Below, in pieces: positions 50,786-61,969 of a stretch of 64,000 nt of DNA. The notes beneath the pieces were generated by a model, which had not been told where the DNA came from, did not search any database, and saw only the letters and a list, made by a program, of their open reading frames with translations. The first letter of the stretch is position 1. Each line of letters starts with the position of its first letter. A program made the translations under genes and the position numbers. This DNA comes from Candidatus Omnitrophota bacterium (GTDB taxonomy: Bacteria; Omnitrophota; Gorgyraeia; Gygaellales; Profunditerraquicolaceae): positions 4,134-68,133 of the forward strand of contig JAHKAP010000018.1 of the NCBI GenBank assembly GCA_018825985.1. Direction: 5' to 3'.

Positions 50786-52057
50786 TTATTTTTTTAAAAA
50801 CACTGACTGTTTTATTTTATCATAAATACTATCCACAACAAAACTATTACCTTGAGCAGTATAGTGTCCGTCTAAAGGATAAAAAAATCCTTCATTTGCG
50901 GTTGTCAACATTAAAGGAAGAATATCCAGGCATTCTATGCTATTTTCTTTAGCCCACGATATAATAGCATCCTGGATCTTTCTATCTACCGGTTTATCAC
51001 CATTAAAAACAAAACCGATTTTTTTAAGCACCTCAAGATACCGGGTATTAACCTGGATCCGGTCGGGGTTTATAAGAAGCAGGAAAGGGACATCTTTATA
51101 CAGATGCTTTATCAACAATATATGCTCCCTGAAAGCACCATCATTATAGAAACACTTCACGATTTGATCATAATACAGTTGATTATCACCGAAATTGGCT
51201 CTTTTAAATGTAAAAGGGCTAATTTTATTATCAAAAAGAAGTTTTGCGTAGGACTTATCGATTCCGGAATCAGACATGACTATGCCCACCTTTGTATCCA
51301 ATGACCGGAAAAAATCTTTGATTGTCTTCGCCAATAGAGAATTTCCCTGCAGGCGATACAAAAATCCTTCCAAGCGATTTAATATCTCCGGGGAAGACCT
51401 GCTTCCCGGCTCACGGGTACGCTCGATATCGTTATCCACTACTATAGAAACTATTATCAGGTCCGGCTGGTAATTGCGAAACTCCTGAGCTACCAAAAAA
51501 TAGCCCGAGGGCCCGCTACCGCTTATTCCAAGATTATAAACCTCCCAATTTAAGCCATCCTGGCCGAATTTTTTCTCCAACATCCTGTCTAAGGTATCTT
51601 CTGCGGAAACTACACCCTCAACAAAAGAATCGCCGATCAAAAAAACCCTATAAACTCCTTTAGGCTTAATCTTAGTGAACTCTTCATCCCGGAAACCCAA
51701 AGAATTCTTGGTGGAAGTAAACTTAAACTCATGCCCTACGACGTAACTTGGTTTTGTCCTGGATAAAATATTCCTGACACGTAAAATAGCTTCGGCCGCG
51801 GATATAGATAAAATAACAGCAGCCAATAATAATAAATAATTCCTGTAATTAGCTTTAAAATACCTTACTATCTCCCGGTAATTCTTTACCAAAGATAAAA
51901 TAACATAAAACATTAAGCCATAATACAAAAATAGCAAAAAAACGTAATAAGCGAAATAAGAAAGATGGCTATAAATTGCGACCTTATCAATAACAAATTT
52001 AAAAATAAATGCCGGATTTAATAAGATTAAAAAAATGATAAAAAAAAGTGTCTTCAA
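50786..52057 (-). CDS. membrane-anchored SGNH/GDSL-family hydrolase
   Basis: Three N-terminal TM helices, then a FLIGDSFVEG (GDS block I) motif and a C-terminal DGHY block V-like motif. Confidence 0.5.
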   Translation of the reverse strand: MKTLFFIIFLILLNPAFIFKFVIDKVAIYSHLSYFAYYVFLLFLYYGLMFYVILSLVKNYREIVRYFKANYRNYLLLLAAVILSISAAEAILRVRNILSRTKPSYVVGHEFKFTSTKNSLGFRDEEFTKIKPKGVYRVFLIGDSFVEGVVSAEDTLDRMLEKKFGQDGLNWEVYNLGISGSGPSGYFLVAQEFRNYQPDLIIVSIVVDNDIERTREPGSRSSPEILNRLEGFLYRLQGNSLLAKTIKDFFRSLDTKVGIVMSDSGIDKSYAKLLFDNKISPFTFKRANFGDNQLYYDQIVKCFYNDGAFREHILLIKHLYKDVPFLLLINPDRIQVNTRYLEVLKKIGFVFNGDKPVDRKIQDAIISWAKENSIECLDILPLMLTTANEGFFYPLDGHYTAQGNSFVVDSIYDKIKQSVFLKK

Positions 52058-52073
52058 TACTTTTCCTGGTATA

Positions 52074-52889
52074 TTAAACTAACTGAGCGATAATCACCCT
52101 ATCTATGTTGCTATAATCTTTATAAGTTTTAATCACATTAAAGATCCCGGATTCGCGGAAAATATTTTCTATTTTATCTTTCTGGCCGAAACCCATCTCC
52201 ATCGCCAATAATCCCCCGGGTTTTAAGAACTCCGGGGCCTGCGCTATTATACTGCGGTAATAATCCAGGCCGTCTACTCCTGCCTCGAGCGCGATCCTCG
52301 GCTGACATTTAACCTCCGGCTGTAAATTATCGATCTCCCCCGCAGCTATATAAGGAGGGTTGGTTATGATTAAATCAAAAGTATTGGATTCCGCTCGCGC
52401 GGCGCGCGTTTCCAGGCGCAAAGCATCAAAAAGATCGCTGCGCATGAATTCTATTCTATCATCAACTTTATTTAATACCGCATTACCTCGCGCTACTTCC
52501 AACGCCTTGAGAGAAATATCCGATGCGGTTATTCTAATCTTAGGTAAAAAATTAGCTAAAGATACGGCGATGCATCCCGACCCAGTGCCCAAGTCTAGGA
52601 TACGTTTGTCTTTGTGTCCTGGTGTCCTGGTAACCATTTCCAACACAGTCTCAACCAGGATCTCGGTTTCCGGCCTGGGTATTAAAACATTTTTATCAAC
52701 CTTAAACTCAAGCCCTAAGAATTCGGTTTTGCCTAATATATATTCTAATGGCTCTCCGCTGATCCTTCTCTTCAAGGCTCTAGCGACAAAAAAACCGGCA
52801 TCCCTGCCGATAACGACATCTTTATTAAAATACAGGGATAGCCTTTCGCAATTTAAGATTTCACTGAACAATGTTTCGGTCTCGGTCAT
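52074..52889 (-). CDS. prmC: release factor glutamine N5-methyltransferase PrmC (HemK)
   Basis: DLGTGSGCIA SAM-binding motif and NPPY motif. Confidence 0.85.
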   Translation of the reverse strand: MTETETLFSEILNCERLSLYFNKDVVIGRDAGFFVARALKRRISGEPLEYILGKTEFLGLEFKVDKNVLIPRPETEILVETVLEMVTRTPGHKDKRILDLGTGSGCIAVSLANFLPKIRITASDISLKALEVARGNAVLNKVDDRIEFMRSDLFDALRLETRAARAESNTFDLIITNPPYIAAGEIDNLQPEVKCQPRIALEAGVDGLDYYRSIIAQAPEFLKPGGLLAMEMGFGQKDKIENIFRESGIFNVIKTYKDYSNIDRVIIAQLV

Positions 52890-52894
52890 TTCTC

Positions 52895-53956
52895 TTAAAC
52901 CTGACTTGTCTTTTCTTCAGCTGCCTTTAAAAGGGCTTCAAAAAATTCTTCCAGATCACCTTCTAATATCGCTTCCAACTGGTAAGAAGTTAAATTAACC
53001 CTATGATCAGTTACCCGCCTATCGGGATAATTATAAGTCCGGATCTTCTCGCTCCTGTCGCCTGTTCCGATCTGGGATTTACGGGCCTCGGACATTTTCT
53101 TTACCTCTTCTTGTTGTTTCATATCCAATAGCTTGGCGCTTAATATCCTCATCGCTTTGTTTTTATTTTTAAGTTGAGATCGCTCATCCTGGCAGGCAAC
53201 TACGGTATTTGTGGGCAAATGAGTGATCCTGACTGCAGAATCGCTTTTTTGCATATGCTGCCCGCCTGGGCCGGAGGAACGATAAGTATCGATCCTTAGG
53301 TCGTTCGGATTAATAACCAATTCTACTTCTTTAGGCTCAGATAAGACTACCACGGTAGCTGTTGAAGTATGAATTCTCCCCTGGGCCTCGGTATTAGGAA
53401 CTCTTTGCACCCGGTGCACTCCGCTTTCAAATTTTAAGCGGCGGAAGGCATCCCTGCCTTTAACGCTGAAGACTACTTCTTTAAAACCACCCAATTCAGT
53501 GGGGTGCCCTGACATCGACTCAACTGTCCAACCCTTGATCCCGGCGTATTTGGTATACATCCGGTAAAGATCAGCCGCAAATAAAGCAGCTTCTAAACCT
53601 CCGGTGCCCTGGCGGATCTCAACGATAACATCCCTTCCGGAATCTTTATCCTCTGTCTTTAAAACTTCTTTGATCTTATCTTCCAGGACCTGTTTATTGC
53701 TTTTTAAATCCGCCAGTTCTTTTTTAGCCAAATCCACAAATTCGTTATCGTGCTTTTCCTTCAGCATACCTTCTAAGTCAACTGTATCCCGGATCAACTT
53801 TTTATAATCCCTATACAGATAGACCGGCTCTTTAAGATCCGACAACTCTTTCGCCAACTTATTCAACTGCTCGCTATCCGCAAGCACTTCCGATGTTGCC
53901 AAAAGACGCTCGACCTCCTGATAACGGGCCTCTATTTTTTCAAGCTTATCTATCAT
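52895..53956 (-). CDS. prfA: peptide chain release factor 1
   Basis: GGQHMQ (GGQ) motif and RF1-type PxT region. Confidence 0.9.
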   Translation of the reverse strand: MIDKLEKIEARYQEVERLLATSEVLADSEQLNKLAKELSDLKEPVYLYRDYKKLIRDTVDLEGMLKEKHDNEFVDLAKKELADLKSNKQVLEDKIKEVLKTEDKDSGRDVIVEIRQGTGGLEAALFAADLYRMYTKYAGIKGWTVESMSGHPTELGGFKEVVFSVKGRDAFRRLKFESGVHRVQRVPNTEAQGRIHTSTATVVVLSEPKEVELVINPNDLRIDTYRSSGPGGQHMQKSDSAVRITHLPTNTVVACQDERSQLKNKNKAMRILSAKLLDMKQQEEVKKMSEARKSQIGTGDRSEKIRTYNYPDRRVTDHRVNLTSYQLEAILEGDLEEFFEALLKAAEEKTSQV

Positions 53957-53976
53957 AGCTTATTCCTGCGCTGATA

Positions 53977-54183
53977 TTAAGCCGATTTCTTCCCATATTT
54001 CTTCATAAACTTATCCACCCTTCCGGCAGAATCTACGAATTTCTGTTTACCGGTAAAAAACGGATGGCATTTTGAACAAATCTCAACCCTGATATTCTGG
54101 CGGGTTGAGCGGGTATGGATCGTCTCTCCGCAGGCGCAGACTATAGTGCTGTCTTTATAGTTAGGATGAATTTTGTCTTTCAT
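53977..54183 (-). CDS. rpmE: 50S ribosomal protein L31
   Basis: IHPNY N-terminus plus CxC...CxxC zinc ribbon. Confidence 0.9.
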   Translation of the reverse strand: MKDKIHPNYKDSTIVCACGETIHTRSTRQNIRVEICSKCHPFFTGKQKFVDSAGRVDKFMKKYGKKSA

Positions 54184-54253
54184 TTTTTCTCCTTTTTTTG
54201 TCTTAGTTTCCAGTTTTACTCTTTTCTATTTGATCTTCAATCTTTTATCTGTA

Positions 54254-55510
54254 CTATTGGTTCATGCTGTTTAAAAACTCTTCATTGGTTTTAGTTTTGG
54301 ACAGCTTCTCGATCAAAAGCTCCATCGCTTCTACGTTATTTAACTCATTAAGGACTTTTCTTAATATCCAAACCCTTTGCAGCTCGTCCGGCTTTAAAAG
54401 CAGCTCTTCATGACGGGTATTGGAACGCTTGATCTCGATAGCCGGGTAGATCCTGCGCTGGAAGAGATTGCGGTCAAGCTGAAGTTCCATATTGCCGGTA
54501 CCTTTAAACTCTTCGAAGATGACTTCATCCATCCTGCTTCCGGTATCAACCAGAGCGGTAGCGATTATAGTCAAGCTTCCACCTTCTTCTATGGCCCTGG
54601 CCGCGCCAAAAAACCTCTTCGGCTTCTGAAGGGCGTTAGAATCAATACCGCCGGATAAAACTTTGCCGCTGTGGGGCATTACCGAGTTATAAGCCCTGGC
54701 TAAACGGGTGATACTGTCTAAAAGCACTACCACGTCTTTTTTATGCTCTACCAACCTTTTGGCTTTCTCCATTACTATCTCAGCGACTTGAATATGTCTT
54801 TCCGGAGGTTCGTCAAAAGTAGAAGACACCACCTCTCCTTTAACGTGACGCTGCATATCCGTGACTTCTTCCGGGCGCTCATCGATCAAAAGTACTATCA
54901 GGATAACCTCCGGACTGTTAGTCATTATCGCGTTAGCGATCTTCTGCAATAACACGGTTTTGCCGCTGTACGGCTGGGCCACTATCAAACCGCGCTGGCC
55001 TCTGCCTAAAGGAGTCAATAAACTCATGATCCTCATTGAAACCTCCTCCGGTTTGGTCTCCATGATAAAACGGTCATGAGGATAAATCGGAGTCAAGTTG
55101 TCAAAATTAACTTTTTCCTTGGAATCTTCGGGATTTTCAAAATTAACCGCCTGGACTTTTAAAAGGGCAAAATACTTCTCTCCTTCTTTAGGCGGCCGGA
55201 TCTCTCCGCTTACCGTATCGCCGGTGCGCAGGTCAAACTTGCGTATCTGTGACGGAGAGACATAAATATCATCCGGACAGGGAAGATAATTATAATTAGA
55301 AGACCTTAAAAACCCGAATCCCTCGGGGAGTATCTCCAGCACCCCTTCCCCGAACATCAATCCTTCTTTCTCAGCCTGAGCCTGGAGTATCTTAAATATC
55401 AGGTCCTGCTTTTTAAGCCCGCTGAATCCGTTGACATTCAGGTCCTTGGACAATTTATTCAGCTCGGTTATTTTCATGTCCTTTAATTTACTTATATCTA
55501 ACTTCTCCAC
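54254..55510 (-). CDS. rho: transcription termination factor Rho
   Basis: Near full-length identity pattern to Rho ([31 protein letters not shown] Walker A). The start could be the internal MKITELNKL. Confidence 0.9.
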   Translation of the reverse strand: MEKLDISKLKDMKITELNKLSKDLNVNGFSGLKKQDLIFKILQAQAEKEGLMFGEGVLEILPEGFGFLRSSNYNYLPCPDDIYVSPSQIRKFDLRTGDTVSGEIRPPKEGEKYFALLKVQAVNFENPEDSKEKVNFDNLTPIYPHDRFIMETKPEEVSMRIMSLLTPLGRGQRGLIVAQPYSGKTVLLQKIANAIMTNSPEVILIVLLIDERPEEVTDMQRHVKGEVVSSTFDEPPERHIQVAEIVMEKAKRLVEHKKDVVVLLDSITRLARAYNSVMPHSGKVLSGGIDSNALQKPKRFFGAARAIEEGGSLTIIATALVDTGSRMDEVIFEEFKGTGNMELQLDRNLFQRRIYPAIEIKRSNTRHEELLLKPDELQRVWILRKVLNELNNVEAMELLIEKLSKTKTNEEFLNSMNQ

Positions 55511-56115
55511 AACAACCTCCTTATTTGCCCTACTTGTTTTCTGGTTTGGGAAATACTTCCATTATTATCTATTACAAAGTCCGCTAAACGGATCTTATCC
55601 TTAAGAGGCATCTGAGCTCTAATCCTCCTTAAGGCTTGCTTGCCGCTTAAATGTGCTTTAGAGGCTATCCTCTTTAATTGCTCGCCTCTGTTTATCTTTA
55701 CTACGATCATTTTATCTACAAAGCCATTCAACCCTGATTCGATCAATAGCGGGGCATCAAGAATTAAAATCCCGGACCTGGATGAGCTTATTTTATTTTT
55801 TATGATCCGGATTATTTCCGGATGCATGATCCGGTTGAGTTTTGTAAGCTTCTCCTCGTCTTTAAAGACCAGGCTGGACAATTTGGAGCGGCTGATTGAG
55901 CCCTCCGGCATTAATATCTCCCGGCCAAACTCCCTGATAATCTTTTGATAAACGCCGGTCCCAGGCCTTAAAAGCCCATGGCCGATCAGGTCCGCGTCGA
56001 CCACTTCCGCGCCGCGAGCCTTGAACATCTTAGCCACCGTGCTCTTACCGCTGCCAAAACTTCCGGTAATCCCTAATACAATTTTTCTATTTGGCTTTTT
56101 TACCATACAACTCAA
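55498..56115 (-). CDS. coaE: dephospho-CoA kinase
   Basis: [13 protein letters not shown]-loop; 205 aa. Confidence 0.85.
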   Translation of the reverse strand: MSCMVKKPNRKIVLGITGSFGSGKSTVAKMFKARGAEVVDADLIGHGLLRPGTGVYQKIIREFGREILMPEGSISRSKLSSLVFKDEEKLTKLNRIMHPEIIRIIKNKISSSRSGILILDAPLLIESGLNGFVDKMIVVKINRGEQLKRIASKAHLSGKQALRRIRAQMPLKDKIRLADFVIDNNGSISQTRKQVGQIRRLLWRS

Positions 56116-57475
56116 TATACTTCTTTGCCGATTCTGCCCAGGAGAAATCGCACTTCATCGCCTTAAACCTAAGGTCAGGCCATTTTTTACCGTCTTTATA
56201 AACCTCAATGGACTTTTTGATCGTCTTTAATAGTTCCGCCGGGTCATACTTATCAAAAATGAACCCATTGTCCTTATTCACCGTATCAGCCAGGCCGCCG
56301 GTCTTAAATACCAGGGGAATCGTCCCGTATTTCAAACTGATCAGCTGGCCTAATCCGCAAGGTTCATATTTGGAAGGCATAAGGAATATATCCGTTCCGG
56401 CGTATATCTTATGGGCCAGGCAATCGTCAAATTTTAGGTTCAGTGAGATTACCTTGGGATATTTCTTAACCATACCCTCCAGCAGCTGGTGGTATTTTAA
56501 ATCTCCGGTGCCTAAAATCACCAGCTGGGCTTTTAATTTACAGATCTTATCGATATCGGCGGCTAAAAGGTCAAAACCCTTTTGCTCAGCCAGCCTGGAT
56601 ACGATCCCAAAAAGCGGAATATCTTTTTCCAGGGGCAGTTTACAAGCTTTCTGTAAATCTTCTTTGCATTTGCCTTTATCTGATACAGTCTTTAATGAAT
56701 AATTCTTGGCGATGAACTTATCGGTTGCCGGGTCCCAGACCGAATAATCCAAACCGTTTAATATCCCGGATACGCTCTCCCTGCGTTTAAGCAAAATGCT
56801 CTCCAGGCCAAAACCAAATTCTTTGGTCTGGATCTCCTTGCTGTAAGTAGCGCTTACCGTAGTGATCAAATCGGAAAAAACCAAGCCGCCTTTTAAAATA
56901 TTTATCTTATCGTAGAATTCCAGGGTATCCATAGTGAATAAACTCCAATCCAGCCCCAGTTTGGGAAATTCCTGCCTGGAGAATAAACCCTGGTAACCTA
57001 TATTATGGATAGTAAACATAGTCCGGATATTTTTATAAAATTGGTCCTGGCTATAAGTAGTCTTAAGATATACCGGGATCAATCCGGATTGCCAATCATG
57101 GCAATGAATCATGTCCGGTTTGAAATTTATCTCTTTTAATAAATTTAAGGCTTCTTTGCAATAATAGGAAAACCTCTCCAGATTATCCGGGTGGTCGCCG
57201 TTTTTATCGCCGTAAAGCCCGTCGCGGTTAAAATATTTATCGTTTTCAATAAAATACACTTTTACGTTCTTTCCGATTATCGAATAAGATATTTTATCAT
57301 TAAGCCGGATGGATTTGATATTCTTCACATTCTGGACCGCCTTATAACCGGGCATGACCACGATTACTTCCTGTCCCTGATTTTCTAATGCTATCGGTAA
57401 TGCCCCGGCTACATCGGCCAAGCCCCCGGTTTTAGCGAATGGAACTACTTCTGAAGCGCAAAAAACTATTTTCAT
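56087..57475 (-). CDS. glgA: glycogen synthase (ADP-glucose type)
   Basis: KTGGLADV motif. Likely start at the ATG at 57475 (MKIVF), preceded by AGGAGG. Confidence 0.85.
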   Translation of the reverse strand: MKIVFCASEVVPFAKTGGLADVAGALPIALENQGQEVIVVMPGYKAVQNVKNIKSIRLNDKISYSIIGKNVKVYFIENDKYFNRDGLYGDKNGDHPDNLERFSYYCKEALNLLKEINFKPDMIHCHDWQSGLIPVYLKTTYSQDQFYKNIRTMFTIHNIGYQGLFSRQEFPKLGLDWSLFTMDTLEFYDKINILKGGLVFSDLITTVSATYSKEIQTKEFGFGLESILLKRRESVSGILNGLDYSVWDPATDKFIAKNYSLKTVSDKGKCKEDLQKACKLPLEKDIPLFGIVSRLAEQKGFDLLAADIDKICKLKAQLVILGTGDLKYHQLLEGMVKKYPKVISLNLKFDDCLAHKIYAGTDIFLMPSKYEPCGLGQLISLKYGTIPLVFKTGGLADTVNKDNGFIFDKYDPAELLKTIKKSIEVYKDGKKWPDLRFKAMKCDFSWAESAKKYIELYGKKAK

Positions 57476-57579
57476 CCTATGCCTCCTTGAGCACAATTTT
57501 GCGCCGTAAGGCGCATCTAACGAAATCCCGCCCTTTTAGATATTTACCCATAATAAATCACCCTAAAAGAGCGGGATAA

Positions 57580-60126
57580 CTAATTACTATACTCTTCCAT
57601 CTTTCCCCAATCCCTGCCGATCTTTATATCCACTTTAATGGGGACGCTTAAATTAAAAACATTCTCCATGATATCCCGGGAAAGATCTGCTAATTCCCTG
57701 GTCTCTGCCAAAGGAACGTCAAAAAGCAATTCATCATGGATCTGAAGGATCATTCTGGATTTAAAACCTTTATCTTTTATTTGCTGATACAGCTTAACCA
57801 TGGCTGATTTAATTAAATCGCTGGCTGAGCCTTGAATAGGCGTGTTCACTGACTGCCTCTGGGCCAGCTGACGGATAGCCTGATTCTTATTGTTTATCTC
57901 CGGCAGATACCTACGCCTGCCTAATATCGTAGTTACAAACCCGGTTTTCTCTACCAGCTTTATCTGATCCTGAATATATTCCGCGACTTTAGGATATCTA
58001 GAAAAATAGGAGTCGATAAACTGCTGGGCCTCGGCAGGAGATATCCCGATGTCCCGGCTTAACCCATAAGCGCTTAACCCGTAAATGATCCCAAAATTAA
58101 TCCTTTTGGCTACTTCGCGCATTTCATCCAAAACATCTTTTTCCTCGACATTATAAATCAAAGAAGCGGTGATCCTGTGGATATCCTTGCCCTGCTTAAA
58201 AGCATTGATCAATATCTCATCACCCGACATATGAGCCATAATTCTCAACTCTATCTGGGAGTAATCACAGGATAAAAGCCGGCTCCCTTGAGAAAAAGCA
58301 ACTATCGCCTCCCGGATACTCCGGCCCAAATCGGTCCTGATCGGTATATTCTGCAAATTAGGATTGCTGGAACTTAAACGTCCGGTCTCGGTTCCGGTTT
58401 GATTAAAAGAAGTGTGCACCTTGCGGGTATTTTTGTCGGCCAATTCCGGGAGCGCGTCAATATAAGTATTTTTTAATTTCATTAACTGCCGGTATTCTAA
58501 AAGTATGGCCGGCAGCCTGTGTTTAGAAGCTAATTTATTCAACACCTCTTCGTCAGTAGAGGGCCCGGTCTTGGTCTTTTTTACTACCGGTAGTTTCAAC
58601 TTTTCGAAAAGTATCTGCCTAAGTTGTTTCGGCGAATTAATATTGAATTGGACTTGGCTGATTTCATAGATATCTTCGATCAGCTTAATCAGCCGTTTCT
58701 CTAATTCCGAAGATAATTTTTTTAATTTTGCCAGGTCCAGTTTTATTCCACTCAACTCCATGCAGGCCAAAACATCCGCCAGCGGCATTTCAATATCCTG
58801 AAATAACCCCAGGAGGTTTTTCTCTTTAAGTTCTTTTTCCAGTTTCGGCTTTATCTCTTTTATCAGTCCTATCGATCTTGAAGCATCGGCATCACCAATC
58901 TTTAATGGTTTTTCCAGATAATCCCAACCCAAATCGCTTAAGTTGTATCCCTGACGGGAAGGATTCAATAAATAAGCGGCAATCATAGTATCAAAAAACA
59001 ACCCGCTTAATTCTACGCCCTGTCCGGCAAGATACACCTTAGCCTTTTTAAGATCATGGGAAATCTTTTTTATCTTGGGATCGTTCAGAATCGACCTTAA
59101 AGTTTTGTCCTTAAGGCCAAACCGGATGACCAAATCATCAAGAAGAAGATAAACCCCATCCCCGCCATCGCAGGATAAAATAACTTCTTTTAAAGCCTTA
59201 AGCAACAGGCCATGTTCATCCGGATTATATTCAATAGCCTCAGATGCCTCGGGCAACTCTTCATTTTGAGCCGGAAGATTCTTTAAAAAAACCTTGAATT
59301 CCAGACGCTTGTATATTTTAAATAGCTCCTCATGGTCAGGGTCTTTGGATTTTAGTTCTTCCAAATCAAAATCTATTTTAACTTCTCTATCCAAAACCAC
59401 CAGTTCCCGGTTAAGCTTAACCTTCCCGATATTGTCGATGATAGCAGCCCTTAATTTCGGTTGCCTGATCTTATCCGGATGAGCCAACAGTTTATCCAAA
59501 GACCCGAATTCCCCAATTAGCTCTATCGCGGTCTTCTCGCCTATGCCCGGCACTCCCGGAATATTATCCGCGCTATCTCCCATCAGGCTGATAATATCGG
59601 TTATCCGCTCAGGGGCCACCTTAAAACGCTCCAAAACATGCTTCTCATCCAGGATCACCCCTTCGTCTTTATAAGGATTAAACACCTTTATCTTTTCACC
59701 CACCAACTGCAACATATCTTTATCCGAACTAACCACCACGACATTTAAACCTTTTTTAACGGCTTTGACAGCCAGGGTCGCGATTATATCGTCAGCCTCA
59801 AAGCCTTCTTTTTCAAATATTATTATTCCCATGGCCCGGATTATCTCTTTAATCAACGGGATCTGGCTGGATAGCCCATCCGGCATAGCCGGACGCTGGA
59901 CCTTATATTCAGCGAATTTCTTCTGCCGGAAAGTCTCCCTGGATACATCAAAACAGGCTGCTATATACTCCGGATTTTTATCTTTTAATATCTTGTTAAG
60001 CATATTTACAAATCCGAATACGGCGTTGGTCGGCTGGCCGAAAGAAGTGGTCAACCCCGAAACCGCGTAATATGCCCGGTAACAAAAAGCCATCGCGTCT
60101 ATAAGGAATAACTTAGGATTAGCCAT
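57580..60126 (-). CDS. polA: DNA polymerase I
   Basis: 5'-3' exonuclease N-terminus and C-terminal family-A polymerase motifs (RRxAKxxNFGxxYG-like, QIHDELLFD); 848 aa. Confidence 0.9.
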   Translation of the reverse strand: MANPKLFLIDAMAFCYRAYYAVSGLTTSFGQPTNAVFGFVNMLNKILKDKNPEYIAACFDVSRETFRQKKFAEYKVQRPAMPDGLSSQIPLIKEIIRAMGIIIFEKEGFEADDIIATLAVKAVKKGLNVVVVSSDKDMLQLVGEKIKVFNPYKDEGVILDEKHVLERFKVAPERITDIISLMGDSADNIPGVPGIGEKTAIELIGEFGSLDKLLAHPDKIRQPKLRAAIIDNIGKVKLNRELVVLDREVKIDFDLEELKSKDPDHEELFKIYKRLEFKVFLKNLPAQNEELPEASEAIEYNPDEHGLLLKALKEVILSCDGGDGVYLLLDDLVIRFGLKDKTLRSILNDPKIKKISHDLKKAKVYLAGQGVELSGLFFDTMIAAYLLNPSRQGYNLSDLGWDYLEKPLKIGDADASRSIGLIKEIKPKLEKELKEKNLLGLFQDIEMPLADVLACMELSGIKLDLAKLKKLSSELEKRLIKLIEDIYEISQVQFNINSPKQLRQILFEKLKLPVVKKTKTGPSTDEEVLNKLASKHRLPAILLEYRQLMKLKNTYIDALPELADKNTRKVHTSFNQTGTETGRLSSSNPNLQNIPIRTDLGRSIREAIVAFSQGSRLLSCDYSQIELRIMAHMSGDEILINAFKQGKDIHRITASLIYNVEEKDVLDEMREVAKRINFGIIYGLSAYGLSRDIGISPAEAQQFIDSYFSRYPKVAEYIQDQIKLVEKTGFVTTILGRRRYLPEINNKNQAIRQLAQRQSVNTPIQGSASDLIKSAMVKLYQQIKDKGFKSRMILQIHDELLFDVPLAETRELADLSRDIMENVFNLSVPIKVDIKIGRDWGKMEEYSN

Positions 60127-60165
60127 CAGGGAACTAAAAATTATAGATAGGAATTTTTTAACTAA

Positions 60166-61050
60166 TTATCTTTTTTGAGGTGATGTGGCAAGCGCTTTTA
60201 TCTTGTTAAACTCTTCCTGCGCCACTTGAGGATTATCATACTGGTAATATGTGACCCCCTTCTTAAAGTGCTCTTCCATCTCCTTTATCTTGAGGTTCTT
60301 TTCCTTCTCCGCTATTTTCTTAATGATTGACCTTCTAAGCTCAATAACCTCGGCTGAATTACTGATCTCCTGAGCCTTATTTACTTCCTCCAGCGCTTTA
60401 TTATAATCTCCCGACCTATATAAATTGTTCGCCGATTTTAAAAACTTTTGGTAATCAAGCTTTTCTTCTTCTTTCTTGATCTTTAAATACGCGGCTGCAT
60501 CTTTATTTAGCCTCAAAGTTTCTTCATCAATATACGCTTGTTTAATGGCCGGAGCGACCAGCATCAGGTCAAAAAATCTGGATTTTGCCTTGTTAGTCCA
60601 GGGATCGGATTCCAAACCTAACTCCCATCTCTTTTTCCAGTAAAAGCCCGCCCGGGGAAGATCGCGCTTTTCTTCGTAAATAAGAGCCAGGTTAGAATAA
60701 GGACTTAAGTATTTGGGGTCGAGTTTAAGGGCCATTAAATAAAACTGTTCTGCCCGGTCTATGAACCCTTCTGCCTCAGACATAACCCCCAAATCATTAT
60801 AAACAGCGGCATACCCAGGGTCCAGTTCAACTGCTTTTTGATAAAACATATTTGCCCCGCTATAATCGTCTCTCTTCTGGAGCTCCATGCCCTGCTGGCG
60901 GTAAATCCGGGATTGTTCTTTAAGCCGGTCCCTTATTCCTGATTCCTCAGCAAATAAATACGCCGGCACCAAAAAAAGCAAGGATAGTATTATGGATAAT
61001 TTTCTCAAGGTATTTACTCTTGAATTAAAGGCAGGTGTCTTTATTATCAT
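60166..61050 (-). CDS. secreted tetratricopeptide-repeat protein
   Basis: Signal-peptide-like N-terminus followed by TPR-like helical repeats (YxxAxxLDPxY patterns). Confidence 0.55.
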   Translation of the reverse strand: MIIKTPAFNSRVNTLRKLSIILSLLFLVPAYLFAEESGIRDRLKEQSRIYRQQGMELQKRDDYSGANMFYQKAVELDPGYAAVYNDLGVMSEAEGFIDRAEQFYLMALKLDPKYLSPYSNLALIYEEKRDLPRAGFYWKKRWELGLESDPWTNKAKSRFFDLMLVAPAIKQAYIDEETLRLNKDAAAYLKIKKEEEKLDYQKFLKSANNLYRSGDYNKALEEVNKAQEISNSAEVIELRRSIIKKIAEKEKNLKIKEMEEHFKKGVTYYQYDNPQVAQEEFNKIKALATSPQKR

Positions 61051-61084
61051 ATAATATAAATTAGGCTAAAAGTCAAGTGAAATA

Positions 61085-61966
61085 TTAGACCTTTAGCACC
61101 CCCGAAAGGTGCTCGCTTAGCCTTATACTTTCAGTTATGACTTCATCCCAGTCTTTGTCTTTAACGGTTTCTGATTTACGTCCGGCCACGCTTCCGCAGG
61201 CATAGATGCCCTGACAATTAGTCTCCCCAAAGCCATCTACCGCTATAAACCCCTGGAATAATTCAACATTAGTCCCTTTTAAAAAATCAATAGAGCCTTC
61301 TTTTTTATCCATAAACACTACCGAGTGACAGGCTATAATCTTTCCCTCTTTGAATTTAACTGCCTGGACAACGGACTCCCCGATTATCTCTACTATCTCA
61401 CTATTGATAACTTTAATTCCGGCTGGCAAATTAAAACCGCTCATGTCCTGCGCCGATATTAGTTTGACTTCTTTATTTTTTGAAGCAATGATCCCGGCGA
61501 TATTGACAGCAAGATCACCGGTTCCGGCAATGCAGACCGTATCACTGATGAAATAATTCATAAATTCCCTAAAATCTGCAAGGGAATACAGATTAAATAC
61601 TCCTGTTTTTTTCACTCCTGTTATTTCAGGCAGGATGTGCCTCCTGCCTGAGCAGACAACCAGAAAATCGTAATTTATGACATCTTTGGTTTTTAGCTGG
61701 AGGCTTTTTTTATGGATGTTCAAAGAGGCTACTCTCTTATTTTTGATAAAATCAATGTTTTCCTTAGTATAAGAATCCTCCTTGAACTTGAGCAGTTCCT
61801 CTTCTTTAATCCTACCGGCTAATAGCTCCAGAAGCAACCTGCGGTCATAAAAAGGTGAATCTTCCTCGCTGATCAGGGTTATTGAGCAATCTTTATTATT
61901 TTCCCTTAAATTAAGGGCCAGGGTATGTCCGGATGCCGAGGCCCCGATTATGGCTATTTTTATCAT
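61085..61966 (-). CDS. short FAD/NAD(P)-binding pyridine-nucleotide-disulfide-family oxidoreductase
   Basis: N-terminal IAIIGASASG dinucleotide-binding motif and a second GxGxxA/G site (CIAGTGDLAVNIAG). 293 aa, so it lacks the C-terminal dimerisation domain. Confidence 0.55.
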   Translation of the reverse strand: MIKIAIIGASASGHTLALNLRENNKDCSITLISEEDSPFYDRRLLLELLAGRIKEEELLKFKEDSYTKENIDFIKNKRVASLNIHKKSLQLKTKDVINYDFLVVCSGRRHILPEITGVKKTGVFNLYSLADFREFMNYFISDTVCIAGTGDLAVNIAGIIASKNKEVKLISAQDMSGFNLPAGIKVINSEIVEIIGESVVQAVKFKEGKIIACHSVVFMDKKEGSIDFLKGTNVELFQGFIAVDGFGETNCQGIYACGSVAGRKSETVKDKDWDEVITESIRLSEHLSGVLKV

Positions 61967-61969
61967 TAT

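Noticed and set aside
52360-52998. 212-aa plus-strand ORF
   Set aside because: Antisense to prmC and prfA, both of which are confidently identified. Shadow ORF.
61094-61112. AGCACCCCCGAAAGGTGCT hairpin as a terminator
   Set aside because: It lies inside the 3' end of the oxidoreductase coding sequence (it encodes ...SGVLKV) and is not followed by a U-run.
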